A DNA stretch of 58,459 nucleotides from a virus (lineage: Duplodnaviria; Caudoviricetes): positions 1-58,459 of IMG/VR virus record IMGVR_UViG_3300030012_001987. The stretch is one strand, 5' to 3'. The notes beneath the pieces are model-generated. The model worked only from the letters and a program-made list of their open reading frames with translations, had not been told where the DNA came from and ran no database searches. Below, piece by piece: positions 46,223 through 55,592 of the stretch. A program made the position numbers and the translations under genes. The first letter of the stretch is position 1. Every line of letters begins with the position of its first letter.

Positions 46223-47031
46223 AAATAGAAATAGAAGCAAAGAGATTGAAGAATTACTTAGAAGACGTATACCTAAAGGGTAAGTATTACGATGGTGCAT
46301 CATCGAAGAGCGGCATACTTTCTGAATATGCCATGATGTCAGTCGAGGACACAGGTGAGTTGAGGATTGCGAATGCAAGCCCATCTGTTGCCTGTAGGAT
46401 AGACCATCACTTTACAGATGAGCAGGATGTGAGTCAAGGGGCATGTATCATTGACATTGCCAATGTACTCAAGCATCTGAAAGTATTCAGTGGTGATATG
46501 ACATTCACCTGCAATGACCATATCGTAATGACTGACAGCACGAAGAAGGCGTCCCTGTCCAAGGCATTGACACATCCGCATATGGATATGATAAACAGGA
46601 TATTGGAATATGACCTTGGGCCACTATCAAGGTCACAGAGAGCAGGTCAGTTGGGTACGGTGCAGTTTGGTAGGACTCAGTTCGATAGCATGGTCACTCT
46701 TCTTGAGGATGATGCTGTCGATGCGGCAAAGGCATGTGATGTTCTTAACTTGGCTAGATACAAGTTCGACTTCACATCTGGTGATGTGTTGCCAAACTCA
46801 AACCCAAGGGATACCAAACTCACGATATCTTCTCAGAAGACCGAGGTTGATAGAGTAGAGGTATCCGTTGACATGGTGAATGCCGATGGTGTTGATTCGA
46901 CTGTTGAGTTCACTGGCCCATTCAGTGGTTTCGTCAGTGGGCTTGTGAGTGTGTTCCTAAAGGATGATAGTCCTGTCATGTTCTACTCACCAAACAGGTT
47001 GCTCATCAAAGCACCCTATCTATCGAGGTGA
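46219..47031 (+). CDS. pcn: DNA sliding clamp (PCNA-like)
   Basis: About 270-aa beta-rich protein ending DDSPV...LIKAP, next to PolB. Confidence 0.7.
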   Translation: MKIEIEAKRLKNYLEDVYLKGKYYDGASSKSGILSEYAMMSVEDTGELRIANASPSVACRIDHHFTDEQDVSQGACIIDIANVLKHLKVFSGDMTFTCNDHIVMTDSTKKASLSKALTHPHMDMINRILEYDLGPLSRSQRAGQLGTVQFGRTQFDSMVTLLEDDAVDAAKACDVLNLARYKFDFTSGDVLPNSNPRDTKLTISSQKTEVDRVEVSVDMVNADGVDSTVEFTGPFSGFVSGLVSVFLKDDSPVMFYSPNRLLIKAPYLSR

Positions 47032-47035
47032 TGAC

Positions 47036-47227
47036 ATGGAGTGTGTAATTTGTAAAGGAGAAATAGAAGAAACAGAATACGGTTGGAAGCACGGTCACAA
47101 TGCGGAACCTGTGAAGAATGGAAGGTGTTGTAGCCGATGTCATTGGGAACTTGTAATGCCAACAAGAATAGTAATGGAGATGAAATATAATGATAATAGA
47201 CAAACTGAAAGAAGGGATAGGACTTAG
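47036..47227 (+). CDS. Small Zn-finger protein (CVIC...GHNAEP...CCSRC)
   Basis: GAGGTGA SD; CxxC pairs. Confidence 0.65.
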   Translation: MECVICKGEIEETEYGWKHGHNAEPVKNGRCCSRCHWELVMPTRIVMEMKYNDNRQTERRDRT

Positions 47228-48950
47228 GTGGAGAGACCCCAAGACTCTTGAAAGAGAGAGTAAGGAGGTCTCCTTCCATGAGTTTCCACCACACTTCTTC
47301 GTGAAGAAGAAACATGGGTGGACTGAACACGGTGACAGGATTGAATATCAAGATGGTCAAGAGAAAGTAATGCGGTTCAAGGACAAGTGGGGAAACTTCA
47401 ATTTAGATGTGAAATTCCAACACGGCGACTACAAGAACCTAGAAGGCGATGAACTAGTCAAGGTTACTTGGAGTCCACCAAGGCCATCGTACTCGTATCG
47501 TTTGAGGAATAACTTTCATGCATCATACGAAGCAGATGTCTCACACCACTACAGGTACGCTGTTGATTGTATCGATGAGATGCCTGAGTACCAGATGCGT
47601 AAGTGGTATTGGGACATGGAGTGGATGCAAGGCGGTGAGCATGATGGTGCTATCACTTGTATCGTGGTGTATGATAACTACATGAAGAGATATCGTACTT
47701 ACTTTTGGCAACCAGAGATGGAATCATTCTTGGAACAAGGATATGACATTTCGACCTCTCGTCTGTTTGACTCTGAGGAGAAGATGCTGATATGCTTCCT
47801 GTCTGATATGATAGATGATGACCCTGACATGCTTATCTCTTGGTTCGGTTGGAAGTTCGATTTGCCGAAGTTGATTGAGAGAATGGTGCATCATGGGGTT
47901 GACCCCAAGTTACTGTCACCATGGAACGAGGTCACTGGTGTCTCTTGGAAGAACAACAAACCAATCATGGATGAGGGAACGGTAACTTCCTACTCTCCGA
48001 TAGCACAACCAATCAAAGGTAGGATTTGTGTTCCACTTGACTTGGCTTTTGAGAGACAATGGAACGATGCACAGAGAGGAACACTAGCATCGATGTCACT
48101 TGACTACATCTCCGAGACTGTACTAGGTCGCAAGAAGTTAGTCAGTGAAAAGTTTCCTGATAAGAACGAGTTCTTTGCAAGAGGGTGGCTTGAGGACACA
48201 CAGAGATACGTTGAGTATGCTAAAGTAGACGTTGAACTATTAGTCCTAATAGATGAAATGCAACACACAACAGAAGCAATCGTATCACTCCAAAGGCTTC
48301 TCAAGGCTCCCTTCGATGCTTGCTTCTATGCGAGCAACATGGGTGGAATATACTTCATGCGAAATGCCCCTTGGAAGGCTCCTACGGGCGAGAAAGGACA
48401 GCGGGTGTCCTACGACGGCGCGATGGTGTATGACCCTCTCAGCGAGTCCACAAATGGACTCCATTTAGGTGTCGCGGCATTCGACTACGCACAATTGTAT
48501 CCATCTATGATAATCGCTAGGAATATCAGTTGGGAGACCGTATCGGAAGAACCAACTGCCTTTGCAGTCAATATCAAGACACCAAAAGATTTCAGCGAAG
48601 TAAAGGAATACGATATGAAATATTTCAAAGTGGATGAACTTGGCCTACTACCAAGAGCAGTTCTAGAATTAAAGACACTAAGGAATGAATACAAATCATT
48701 GGCTAGGAATGCCGAGTCTGAAAGTGACTACAACAAGTGGAACAACAATCAACTCGCAGTCAAGAGGCTCATGGCTTCCTTCTACGGCATCATTGCGTAC
48801 CAAGGATTCGGATGGGCCAATGTGGAACTTGCCGCTTGCATCACTGCTAGTGCGAGGGAAGCCATACGTCTAGCCGCTTTCAAAGTCAAGGAGATGGGGT
48901 TTAGGTCAAAGGAAATACCCTTTTTCAAGGTCAAGGAGATGAGCGAATGA
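47190..48950 (+). CDS. polB: Family B DNA polymerase, N-terminal part (exonuclease, motifs A and B)
   Basis: WDME, FDLPKL, YAKVD; DYAQLYPS; QLAVKRLMASFYG; ends before motif C. Confidence 0.92.
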   Translation: MIIDKLKEGIGLRWRDPKTLERESKEVSFHEFPPHFFVKKKHGWTEHGDRIEYQDGQEKVMRFKDKWGNFNLDVKFQHGDYKNLEGDELVKVTWSPPRPSYSYRLRNNFHASYEADVSHHYRYAVDCIDEMPEYQMRKWYWDMEWMQGGEHDGAITCIVVYDNYMKRYRTYFWQPEMESFLEQGYDISTSRLFDSEEKMLICFLSDMIDDDPDMLISWFGWKFDLPKLIERMVHHGVDPKLLSPWNEVTGVSWKNNKPIMDEGTVTSYSPIAQPIKGRICVPLDLAFERQWNDAQRGTLASMSLDYISETVLGRKKLVSEKFPDKNEFFARGWLEDTQRYVEYAKVDVELLVLIDEMQHTTEAIVSLQRLLKAPFDACFYASNMGGIYFMRNAPWKAPTGEKGQRVSYDGAMVYDPLSESTNGLHLGVAAFDYAQLYPSMIIARNISWETVSEEPTAFAVNIKTPKDFSEVKEYDMKYFKVDELGLLPRAVLELKTLRNEYKSLARNAESESDYNKWNNNQLAVKRLMASFYGIIAYQGFGWANVELAACITASAREAIRLAAFKVKEMGFRSKEIPFFKVKEMSE

Positions 48951-49156
48951 AGTGTGTGGTATGTCATAGAGAAGGGGGTAATGATGAGAAGGGTGTCATA
49001 ACCCTACAAAGCACAACCCACGGCTCTGTCTGTCCCACATGCATAGACCAACTAGTGGGAGATGTGATGAGAATGCGAAAGCCATGGACTAAGGAAGACC
49101 TGAAAGAATGGGGGATAAGAAGTCAATGGGCATTGTACGGAGATGATGAGGAATGA
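48947..49156 (+). CDS. Small Zn-finger protein within the polB gap
   Basis: CVVC...CPTC; ATGA-coupled. Confidence 0.6.
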   Translation: MKCVVCHREGGNDEKGVITLQSTTHGSVCPTCIDQLVGDVMRMRKPWTKEDLKEWGIRSQWALYGDDEE

Positions 49157-49455
49157 GACAATCACCAACAAGACAAATTATCGAATACAAAGTTTACCAT
49201 TGTAATGAAGACGGTGATGCATGTGATGTTGAAACTATCGCTGGCAAGTATTGGCATAGCGTTCGTACTCTGGTAAGTGAATGTGAAGAAGACAAGCATG
49301 ATGAGTTTCACAATGGTCTTAGAATCGGATGGATAGAGAAATGCTACTACTATTGGTATGGTGACCCTAGCGATTCTTTCAATGCTCAAGACATTGGTTG
49401 TTGTGGTGTGGATGAGGTTGAAACACTATGGGAAAGGAGTAGTGAGGAAGAATGA
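49153..49455 (+). CDS. Hypothetical protein within the polB gap
   Basis: 100 aa, ATGA-coupled. Confidence 0.6.
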   Translation: MRQSPTRQIIEYKVYHCNEDGDACDVETIAGKYWHSVRTLVSECEEDKHDEFHNGLRIGWIEKCYYYWYGDPSDSFNAQDIGCCGVDEVETLWERSSEEE

Positions 49456-49688
49456 CAAGAAGAGCAAGAAGCGTAGCACATGTAGAATATGAGATACTGC
49501 AATGGGTTGGAGACCGGGCATGGTTAGATGGTCTGATGGCTGAGATGGTTCCGAAAGGAGACAAGGTTGCTGAGAAGAGATTCAGGAAGGGCGCAACTAA
49601 CATCAGTGGGTATCTACGAAACATGATGGATAGGAGACAACACAAGTTGCCTAAAGACCATGAAGATTACAAGGAGAAGATAGAATGA
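49452..49688 (+). CDS. Hypothetical protein within the polB gap
   Basis: 78 aa, ATGA-coupled. Confidence 0.6.
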   Translation: MTRRARSVAHVEYEILQWVGDRAWLDGLMAEMVPKGDKVAEKRFRKGATNISGYLRNMMDRRQHKLPKDHEDYKEKIE

Positions 49689-49774
49689 GTCAGACATGGA
49701 AGGAATACTATAGAGCAAAGAAAGAATACAAATTGAAGTTTAGACAATGGAGGAAAAGAAATGAAAATAGATGA
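49685..49774 (+). CDS. 29-aa basic peptide within the polB gap
   Basis: Manual translation MSQTWKEYYRAKKEYKLKFRQWRKRNENR. Confidence 0.45.
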   Translation: MSQTWKEYYRAKKEYKLKFRQWRKRNENR

Positions 49775-50009
49775 AAGAGCAGACTACCAATACCTGAAAG
49801 GGAAACACGAAGGAATAAAGTTAGCACTTGGTATCCTGAATAGAAGAGATGTACATCCAACATCTATTCGATGGTTAGCCAAAGAGAAGGGTGTCATTGA
49901 GTATCAAATCGAGTTATTGGAAAAGAAAATGTATGCCACTACTTACAAACCTATGACAATCAGTCAGAAAGCGGGTTGGCCTTTTAACGCTCAGGGTGAG
50001 GAAGAATGA
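49761..50009 (+). CDS. Hypothetical protein within the polB gap
   Basis: 82 aa, GGAGG SD. Confidence 0.6.
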   Translation: MKIDERADYQYLKGKHEGIKLALGILNRRDVHPTSIRWLAKEKGVIEYQIELLEKKMYATTYKPMTISQKAGWPFNAQGEEE

Positions 50010-50089
50010 CTGACGAACGAATAGAATTCTTTTGGATACAAAGACAGTGGCCTAAGCAAATGGAAGAAGAGAATGGTGAGGAAGAATGA
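50006..50089 (+). CDS. 27-aa peptide within the polB gap
   Basis: Manual translation MTDERIEFFWIQRQWPKQMEEENGEEE, bounded by identical 14-nt junctions. Confidence 0.45.
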   Translation: MTDERIEFFWIQRQWPKQMEEENGEEE

Positions 50090-50958
50090 AGGTAGTTTAC
50101 GGACACACTGATTCAATCTACTGTACTGTTGATTCAGTAGAGCAAGCAAAAAACGTGCTTGAGGAATTGAACGAACACGTTAGAAGTTATTTTCCAAACC
50201 TGCTAGAGTTGAATGAGCATCCAGTCGTCATAGAGTTTGAGAAATACTTTGAGAGTCTAGGTGTCGGAGCGACGAAGAACAGGAACGCTGGTCTGATTAC
50301 TTGGAAGGATGGCAAGTTCTTGGATAAGAAGGAATTCGTTATGACAGGGTTTACTGCTAAGAGATTATCAGAAACCAAACTTGCGAAGGATACTCAGTTG
50401 GCTGTACTAAACATGTGGGTCGAGAATAATACTGAACAAGAAATAGCGGATTTTTTGAGAGATAGATATAATCAAGTTTTATCAGGACAGATTCCGATTA
50501 GTGAAGTATTGAAGCGTAGTCGATATAGAGAGGCTAGGTTTTCCGTCAAGTGTGGTAACTGCAAGAGGAAGAAGACATTGGATGAGTTGACCAGAGGGCC
50601 ATGTTGCAACAACATGAACCTACAGACTCTTGAGGGTAAGAGGCCAACAGTTGGTTCTGGTGTCGAGGGAGTCGTGTACTACAACAGTGTGAACAAGATT
50701 CCCATCGAGGACTCGTATCTGTTCCTCAGAGTCAAGGAGAATCATCTGAACTACTGGCATCCCATCAAGCAGGATTACGTCAAGCCAAACTATGTGGCAG
50801 GTTTGACTGAGGCTGACTTCGCTGTGTATCAGGCTGATTGGGCGCACTATGCGGATTCAGTCATCAAGAAGGCAGAGCCAGTTTTCAGAGCGATGGGTTG
50901 GGACACAATGCAGATAAAGAAAGATTTGAGCCAAAGCACGTTGGGGGAGTGGTTCTGA
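50086..50958 (+). CDS. polB: Family B DNA polymerase, C-terminal part (motif C, thumb, PIP box)
   Basis: Starts MKVVYGHTDS; IEFEK, KNRNAG; C-terminal QSTLGEWF. Confidence 0.9.
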   Translation: MKVVYGHTDSIYCTVDSVEQAKNVLEELNEHVRSYFPNLLELNEHPVVIEFEKYFESLGVGATKNRNAGLITWKDGKFLDKKEFVMTGFTAKRLSETKLAKDTQLAVLNMWVENNTEQEIADFLRDRYNQVLSGQIPISEVLKRSRYREARFSVKCGNCKRKKTLDELTRGPCCNNMNLQTLEGKRPTVGSGVEGVVYYNSVNKIPIEDSYLFLRVKENHLNYWHPIKQDYVKPNYVAGLTEADFAVYQADWAHYADSVIKKAEPVFRAMGWDTMQIKKDLSQSTLGEWF

Positions 50959-50974
50959 ATGGAGATGAATGTAA

Positions 50975-51388
50975 ATGGAAAAGATAAGAAATAGAGTTAA
51001 GGAATTGTTGATTGAAAAAGAATGGACTTTTGCAGACTTGCAAGACATGAAAGGTATTGTGAAAGAGTTTGCCGACATCCTAGAGAAGGAACTGGACTAC
51101 GGCTTCATCGCTAGGATGTGTGAAGGAGTGCCTATTGAACAAATGTTGCAGGAAGCGGCAAAGGAAGGAGATTACTATGCTCACGGCCTCAGCACGTTTG
51201 GTGGTTTATTCTACAGAGTAAGACAGGACTCATTGCAAGGCTATGTAGCAGAATACCTGAAAGAAGAACTAATGAATGCAAATGTAAATTTTAATGGAGG
51301 AGATAAGAATGAGGTTCCCAAGGGAAGTGTGGGCAGGAAGCCATCTAAGAAACGCACCACAGATGAAAAGAAGAATAGTGAAGAATAA
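50975..51388 (+). CDS. Hypothetical protein
   Basis: 137-aa ORF. Confidence 0.6.
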   Translation: MEKIRNRVKELLIEKEWTFADLQDMKGIVKEFADILEKELDYGFIARMCEGVPIEQMLQEAAKEGDYYAHGLSTFGGLFYRVRQDSLQGYVAEYLKEELMNANVNFNGGDKNEVPKGSVGRKPSKKRTTDEKKNSEE

Positions 51389-52304
51389 GCAGGAATTCGT
51401 TGATTGGGTCAATACCTACAACGGTAGGATGAACTGCTACACTACCGTCTATGACTATACTGATTTCACTGACAATGCGAAGGTGGATTCCTCTGTCGTA
51501 ATAGATAGGATGTTCCTAGATTTCGATGCTCACACTGAGCCTCTATATCATGCGTATGAGGATTTCAGAGCAGTCCACGATTACTTTGTTAGTAACAATA
51601 TCAAGCATGATACGATATTCTCAGGGAAAGGATTTCACATCATCGCTTACGGTGAGGTGGCTGATGATATCCGAAGCGTTCAACGGTATTATACCGACTT
51701 GGCTAAACATTATCCTACGCTTGATAGAACTGGTATACAAACCAATAGACTTCGTAGGATTCCTAATACGATGAACCTGAGTGCTAAAGAAGGAACGTAT
51801 TGTTGTTGGGTTGACCCTACAGATGTGGGTAATAGTATCTCCCATTTCGGATGGGTTGCTTCAAAACCAACCACAAAAAGAACCTATGGAGATAAACTAA
51901 TACGTTGGCCGAAGGTAAAGCCAGTTGCAGTATCAGAGGTAGAGGTAGAAGTCCCTGAGTCATTAGGGACTCTACCCATACTTCCTTGCTTGCACAATGC
52001 CATTACTGTCGAGAACCCTAGTCACTATGCTAGGGTGTATCTGGTTCAGTGGTATCGTGACTTGTTGAGTCTTGGTGTGCGTGATGTTGACATGGATTCA
52101 AGAAAGCAAATCAGTGACAGGATAATGAGGGAACTCACGACCATCGCCAGTAATGATGAGATATGGTTGGATTGGGATGAGGCTAAAACGAAGAGCCATG
52201 TCGATTTCATTGTCAATCGTGGGTATCATGCTCCCGGTTGCAAGAACGTATTGATACCACAGGGATATTGTGTGGGAAAGTGTTGGAGGTATCACGATGA
52301 ATAA
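51309..52304 (+). CDS. priS: Archaeo-eukaryotic primase: PriS domain fused to a PriL-like Cys-rich C-domain
   Basis: FLDFD, SGKGFH, RLRRIPNT; LPC...HYAR...PGC...GYCVGKC. Confidence 0.85.
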   Translation: MRFPREVWAGSHLRNAPQMKRRIVKNKQEFVDWVNTYNGRMNCYTTVYDYTDFTDNAKVDSSVVIDRMFLDFDAHTEPLYHAYEDFRAVHDYFVSNNIKHDTIFSGKGFHIIAYGEVADDIRSVQRYYTDLAKHYPTLDRTGIQTNRLRRIPNTMNLSAKEGTYCCWVDPTDVGNSISHFGWVASKPTTKRTYGDKLIRWPKVKPVAVSEVEVEVPESLGTLPILPCLHNAITVENPSHYARVYLVQWYRDLLSLGVRDVDMDSRKQISDRIMRELTTIASNDEIWLDWDEAKTKSHVDFIVNRGYHAPGCKNVLIPQGYCVGKCWRYHDE

Positions 52305-52980
52305 GTTGGTGATTGACAGCAGAGAGGATTCGGACTTGACCGCTTATGTGATTGACAAGGCCACGAAGATGAACATCCAACATGAGAAGGAATGGTTGGA
52401 GATTGGTGACTATGTTTTCAATGACGTATGCTTTGAAGCCAAGTCGTCTTTTGATTTCCTACAGTCTGTGATGAACAAGAGACTGTGGAACCAACTAGAC
52501 AACATGGACAGGGCATTCGACAACAACGTGGTGATAGTGTATGGTGACTTCAAGTCAGCATTCGACTCATACAAGGCATATGGTCAAGGACACTTCAACA
52601 CAGTATCCAATAAGTTCCATGGAGCCATGGGCAAGATAATACTAGACTTGGACTCAAGCATACTATGGGTCAAAGATGCGAAGACTGCGGCACACATGAT
52701 TTGTGTAGTCTGCAAGATGCAACCAATCGCTAGGGATGTGTATAACCCTAGACTGATTAAACAGAAGAGAATCAGCACTACTGATTTGAGATTAGATGTA
52801 CTCACAACCATACCCGGAATAAGTGAGAAGAAAGCCAAACTACTCATTGATGAGTTTGGTTCTATCATGGAGATAGGAGAAACACCACCATCGGAGATTG
52901 CTATGCTAGATGGGTTCGGTAAAGTGTTAGCAGAGAGAATCCATGAGTTATTGAACTCAGAGGACAAACAGGTGATATGA
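52297..52980 (+). CDS. XPF/ERCC4 (Hef-like) structure-specific nuclease
   Basis: VIDSRE, GDY, EAKS, C-terminal HhH2 (IPGIS...GFG). Confidence 0.88.
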   Translation: MNKLVIDSREDSDLTAYVIDKATKMNIQHEKEWLEIGDYVFNDVCFEAKSSFDFLQSVMNKRLWNQLDNMDRAFDNNVVIVYGDFKSAFDSYKAYGQGHFNTVSNKFHGAMGKIILDLDSSILWVKDAKTAAHMICVVCKMQPIARDVYNPRLIKQKRISTTDLRLDVLTTIPGISEKKAKLLIDEFGSIMEIGETPPSEIAMLDGFGKVLAERIHELLNSEDKQVI

Positions 52981-54456
52981 ATGGAAATATATGATAATGA
53001 TGAAGAAGACAGATTGTATTTTGAGCAACAGGAGAACACCGCTTCTTTTGCTCAGATGCAAAGAAGAACGCAAGCGTCGGTTCTACCGAAGGTAGTTGAG
53101 GCATACATGAGAAGTGCATCAGAGGTATCTCTGCACAATCCTGTTCCCTCGGCTATGTCCTTCTATGTGCTACTAGGACAGTTGTGCAAGGACATGGTAG
53201 CGATACCACATGGTAGGAGAATAGATGATACTAGGATACAGTTCCTATGGATGCAGACATCCGGTACTGGTAAGTCCACCCTATACGATTTCTTTGGGCC
53301 TGTGTCCAAGTTGACGTTTGACCTAGTGAATCAGAAACACGGTACGCAGTTTGATATATTCTCAGTGAAGGACACTACTGATGCGGCACTGGTTGGTTCT
53401 ATGGGAAGCGAGATTCAGGAAGAAGAAGATGAGAACGGTAATATGGTCAGAAGACAGGTTGCCATTCAAATCGATGGAGCGTTGGAAGGCGAGGGACTAG
53501 CCGCATACGATGAGTTTGAGTATTCAGGAGTGTTCAAGCAATCACAGCACAAAGAGAACGTGGTGATGTATCTCAACACTTTTATGAATTCTCTACATGG
53601 TGAGAATTGGGTCATAACAAAGAAACTCAAGGAAGGCGATACCATTGAGTGCAGGTGTCAAAGGTCACTGTTCGCTACTACATACATACCAAAGACACTG
53701 ACAGGAGTTATCGCTGAGAAGGGCGTGATTCAAAGATGCGCTATCTACATTCGTGAAGTTCCACAGACAATCCAAGACGAACTTCGTGATGCTATCTTAG
53801 AGGAAGTAGGTACTATCCGAAACAGGGATTTGCCTATCACTAAGTTCGCCAACAACTTCGTGAAGATGTACGAGGTATTGAAGCAACACTACGAAGAGAA
53901 CGGAGAAGACCCGTTGTCCACAGTCAAGTTCGGTGATGGTGTCATAGATGCGTTGAAGAACGAGTCGTGGAAGATGAGGAACTACGTTACCAACAGTAGG
54001 CCCGAAGTGTTTGAGATTGCAAGCAACTTCATCACTAGGTTGAATGGTACTCTCATCAGGATGGCTGTTCTTTCTGCGATAGCGGAAGCACCGAGCATAA
54101 CGGACAAGTCGAAGAGATTCATCGTAACTGAGAGAAACGTGAGACAGGCTTCGTTCCTCGTAAGGCAATGCTATCAGTCACTAGTCTCTTGGTTGGACAT
54201 GGCACTGAAAGTTCAGGCGAATGGATTGAAGGACAGGGCAAACCTAGCGATATTCAAGAAAACATACAAGCAACTTCGCAAGGGCGATGACGATTGGGTG
54301 AATAAGACTGCAATGCTAGACTCCGTAAGGAAGGAAAGCCGCAAGGGACAAGCGACTGTTTATCGCTGGTTCAATGACTTAGGTGACAATTTTGAGACAA
54401 AGATGATAGGGCGAAGGGCTTATGTGCGGTTTAAGGAGGCAGAGGGTAATGAGTAG
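52981..54456 (+). CDS. Putative replicative helicase (MCM-related AAA+ ATPase with C-terminal wHTH)
   Basis: SGTGKST, TDAALVG, YDEFE, ITRL; VTERNVRQA. Confidence 0.7.
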   Translation: MEIYDNDEEDRLYFEQQENTASFAQMQRRTQASVLPKVVEAYMRSASEVSLHNPVPSAMSFYVLLGQLCKDMVAIPHGRRIDDTRIQFLWMQTSGTGKSTLYDFFGPVSKLTFDLVNQKHGTQFDIFSVKDTTDAALVGSMGSEIQEEEDENGNMVRRQVAIQIDGALEGEGLAAYDEFEYSGVFKQSQHKENVVMYLNTFMNSLHGENWVITKKLKEGDTIECRCQRSLFATTYIPKTLTGVIAEKGVIQRCAIYIREVPQTIQDELRDAILEEVGTIRNRDLPITKFANNFVKMYEVLKQHYEENGEDPLSTVKFGDGVIDALKNESWKMRNYVTNSRPEVFEIASNFITRLNGTLIRMAVLSAIAEAPSITDKSKRFIVTERNVRQASFLVRQCYQSLVSWLDMALKVQANGLKDRANLAIFKKTYKQLRKGDDDWVNKTAMLDSVRKESRKGQATVYRWFNDLGDNFETKMIGRRAYVRFKEAEGNE

Positions 54457-54694
54457 TATATTTGAGAACAAATATGTTGTTTTTAACACCAGTGATGGAC
54501 CCAAGGTAATTCTAGAATCTTTGAATACCTACGGTGCTGACGGTTGGGAATTGGCTACAATGATAACAATAAACGAAGGTCAGTACATTGTTGCTTACTT
54601 GAAGAAGGCCACTTTGATAGAGGCTCCCAACCCTGAACAAACTAAGCAAAACAAGATTGCAGAGTTATGGTCTGGTGAAGAGGGCAAGAAATGA
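54449..54694 (+). CDS. DUF4177-like small protein
   Basis: LNTYGADGWEL. Confidence 0.65.
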   Translation: MSSIFENKYVVFNTSDGPKVILESLNTYGADGWELATMITINEGQYIVAYLKKATLIEAPNPEQTKQNKIAELWSGEEGKK

Positions 54695-55284
54695 GCGTTT
54701 TAGCAATTGACTTGGAAACCAAGAATATGTCTCACGACATAGGCGGTTGGGGTAATACCCACATGTTCCAAGTGTCAACGGTATGCACTTGGGATGGCGA
54801 CAAGGGAACCATATACATTGACAAAGCAGTGGATGATTTGAAGAAGAGCAATATAGAAATCAAACCCCTGTCACAATTGAAGTTTGATTTGGATGACCAC
54901 CTTGAGAAAGGAGGCACTTTGCTTGGACACAACATCGCTGGCTTTGACCTACCTGTATTGAAGAACGCGATGGACATCTACTGCATCAAGAAGTATCTGG
55001 ATAACAAGGCATACATCGATACAAGTAGGATACTCAACAAAGAGTATGGTGAGAGATACTCACTATCGAATCTGGTACAGCATACTCTTGGCTCTGACAA
55101 GATGATGGAGAGTGCGATGGCTCCCGAAGTATGGAAGGCTGGTGGGTACTCAGAGGTAGCAGACTACTGTTTGAAAGACTGTCAGTTGGTGTATGACCTT
55201 TGGCAACACGGCCAAAACAATAAAATGGTGAAGGGGTTCTCAATAGACCAAGAGGAAGTCCTCGATTTAGGAGTTGATTGGTAA
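54691..55284 (+). CDS. DEDD/RNase H-fold 3'-5' exonuclease
   Basis: AIDLET, GHNIAGFDLPVL, YSL, YCLKD. Confidence 0.85.
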   Translation: MSVLAIDLETKNMSHDIGGWGNTHMFQVSTVCTWDGDKGTIYIDKAVDDLKKSNIEIKPLSQLKFDLDDHLEKGGTLLGHNIAGFDLPVLKNAMDIYCIKKYLDNKAYIDTSRILNKEYGERYSLSNLVQHTLGSDKMMESAMAPEVWKAGGYSEVADYCLKDCQLVYDLWQHGQNNKMVKGFSIDQEEVLDLGVDW

Positions 55285-55454
55285 TGGCAACGGCATTGGA
55301 ATGGGTAGCATGGACAGTATTTGTGATGATAATTAGCCTACTATTCTTCGCGGCGTTTGGAGGGTCCAAGTATTCAGAGACTAACATAGAAGAGTACATG
55401 GACAAGTTGATTGCTGAGGAGATGGAACGTAGTGGCTCTCAAGGAAACATGTAA
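55284..55454 (+). CDS. 56-aa single-TM membrane protein
   Basis: Manual translation MATALEWVAWTVFVMIISLLFFAAFGGSK...; TAATG-coupled. Confidence 0.55.
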   Translation: MATALEWVAWTVFVMIISLLFFAAFGGSKYSETNIEEYMDKLIAEEMERSGSQGNM

Positions 55455-55566
55455 GTTCTGTGGAAAGGAAACTATTCCTATTCGCATACAAGGGCAAATA
55501 GTAGGCTCTCCTGTTAAGATGAAGATTTGGCAGTGTAGAGAATGTAAGGGGCTTTGGTCGGATTAA
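55432..55566 (+). CDS. 44-aa Zn-ribbon protein
   Basis: CKFCG...WQCRECKGLWSD; GTG start; followed by a T-run. Confidence 0.55.
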   Translation: MALKETCKFCGKETIPIRIQGQIVGSPVKMKIWQCRECKGLWSD

Positions 55567-55569
55567 TTT

Positions 55570-55592
55570 CCGGCCAAGGCTCCGCTTTTTTT
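55570..55592 (+). terminator. Possible terminator of the replication operon
   Basis: GC-rich segment followed by T7 right after the last gene. Confidence 0.4.

Noticed and set aside
48950-50086. Intein or self-splicing intron in polB
   Set aside because: No intein terminal residues or intron core seen; the gap is filled with coupled ORFs and the C-part has its own SD and ATG
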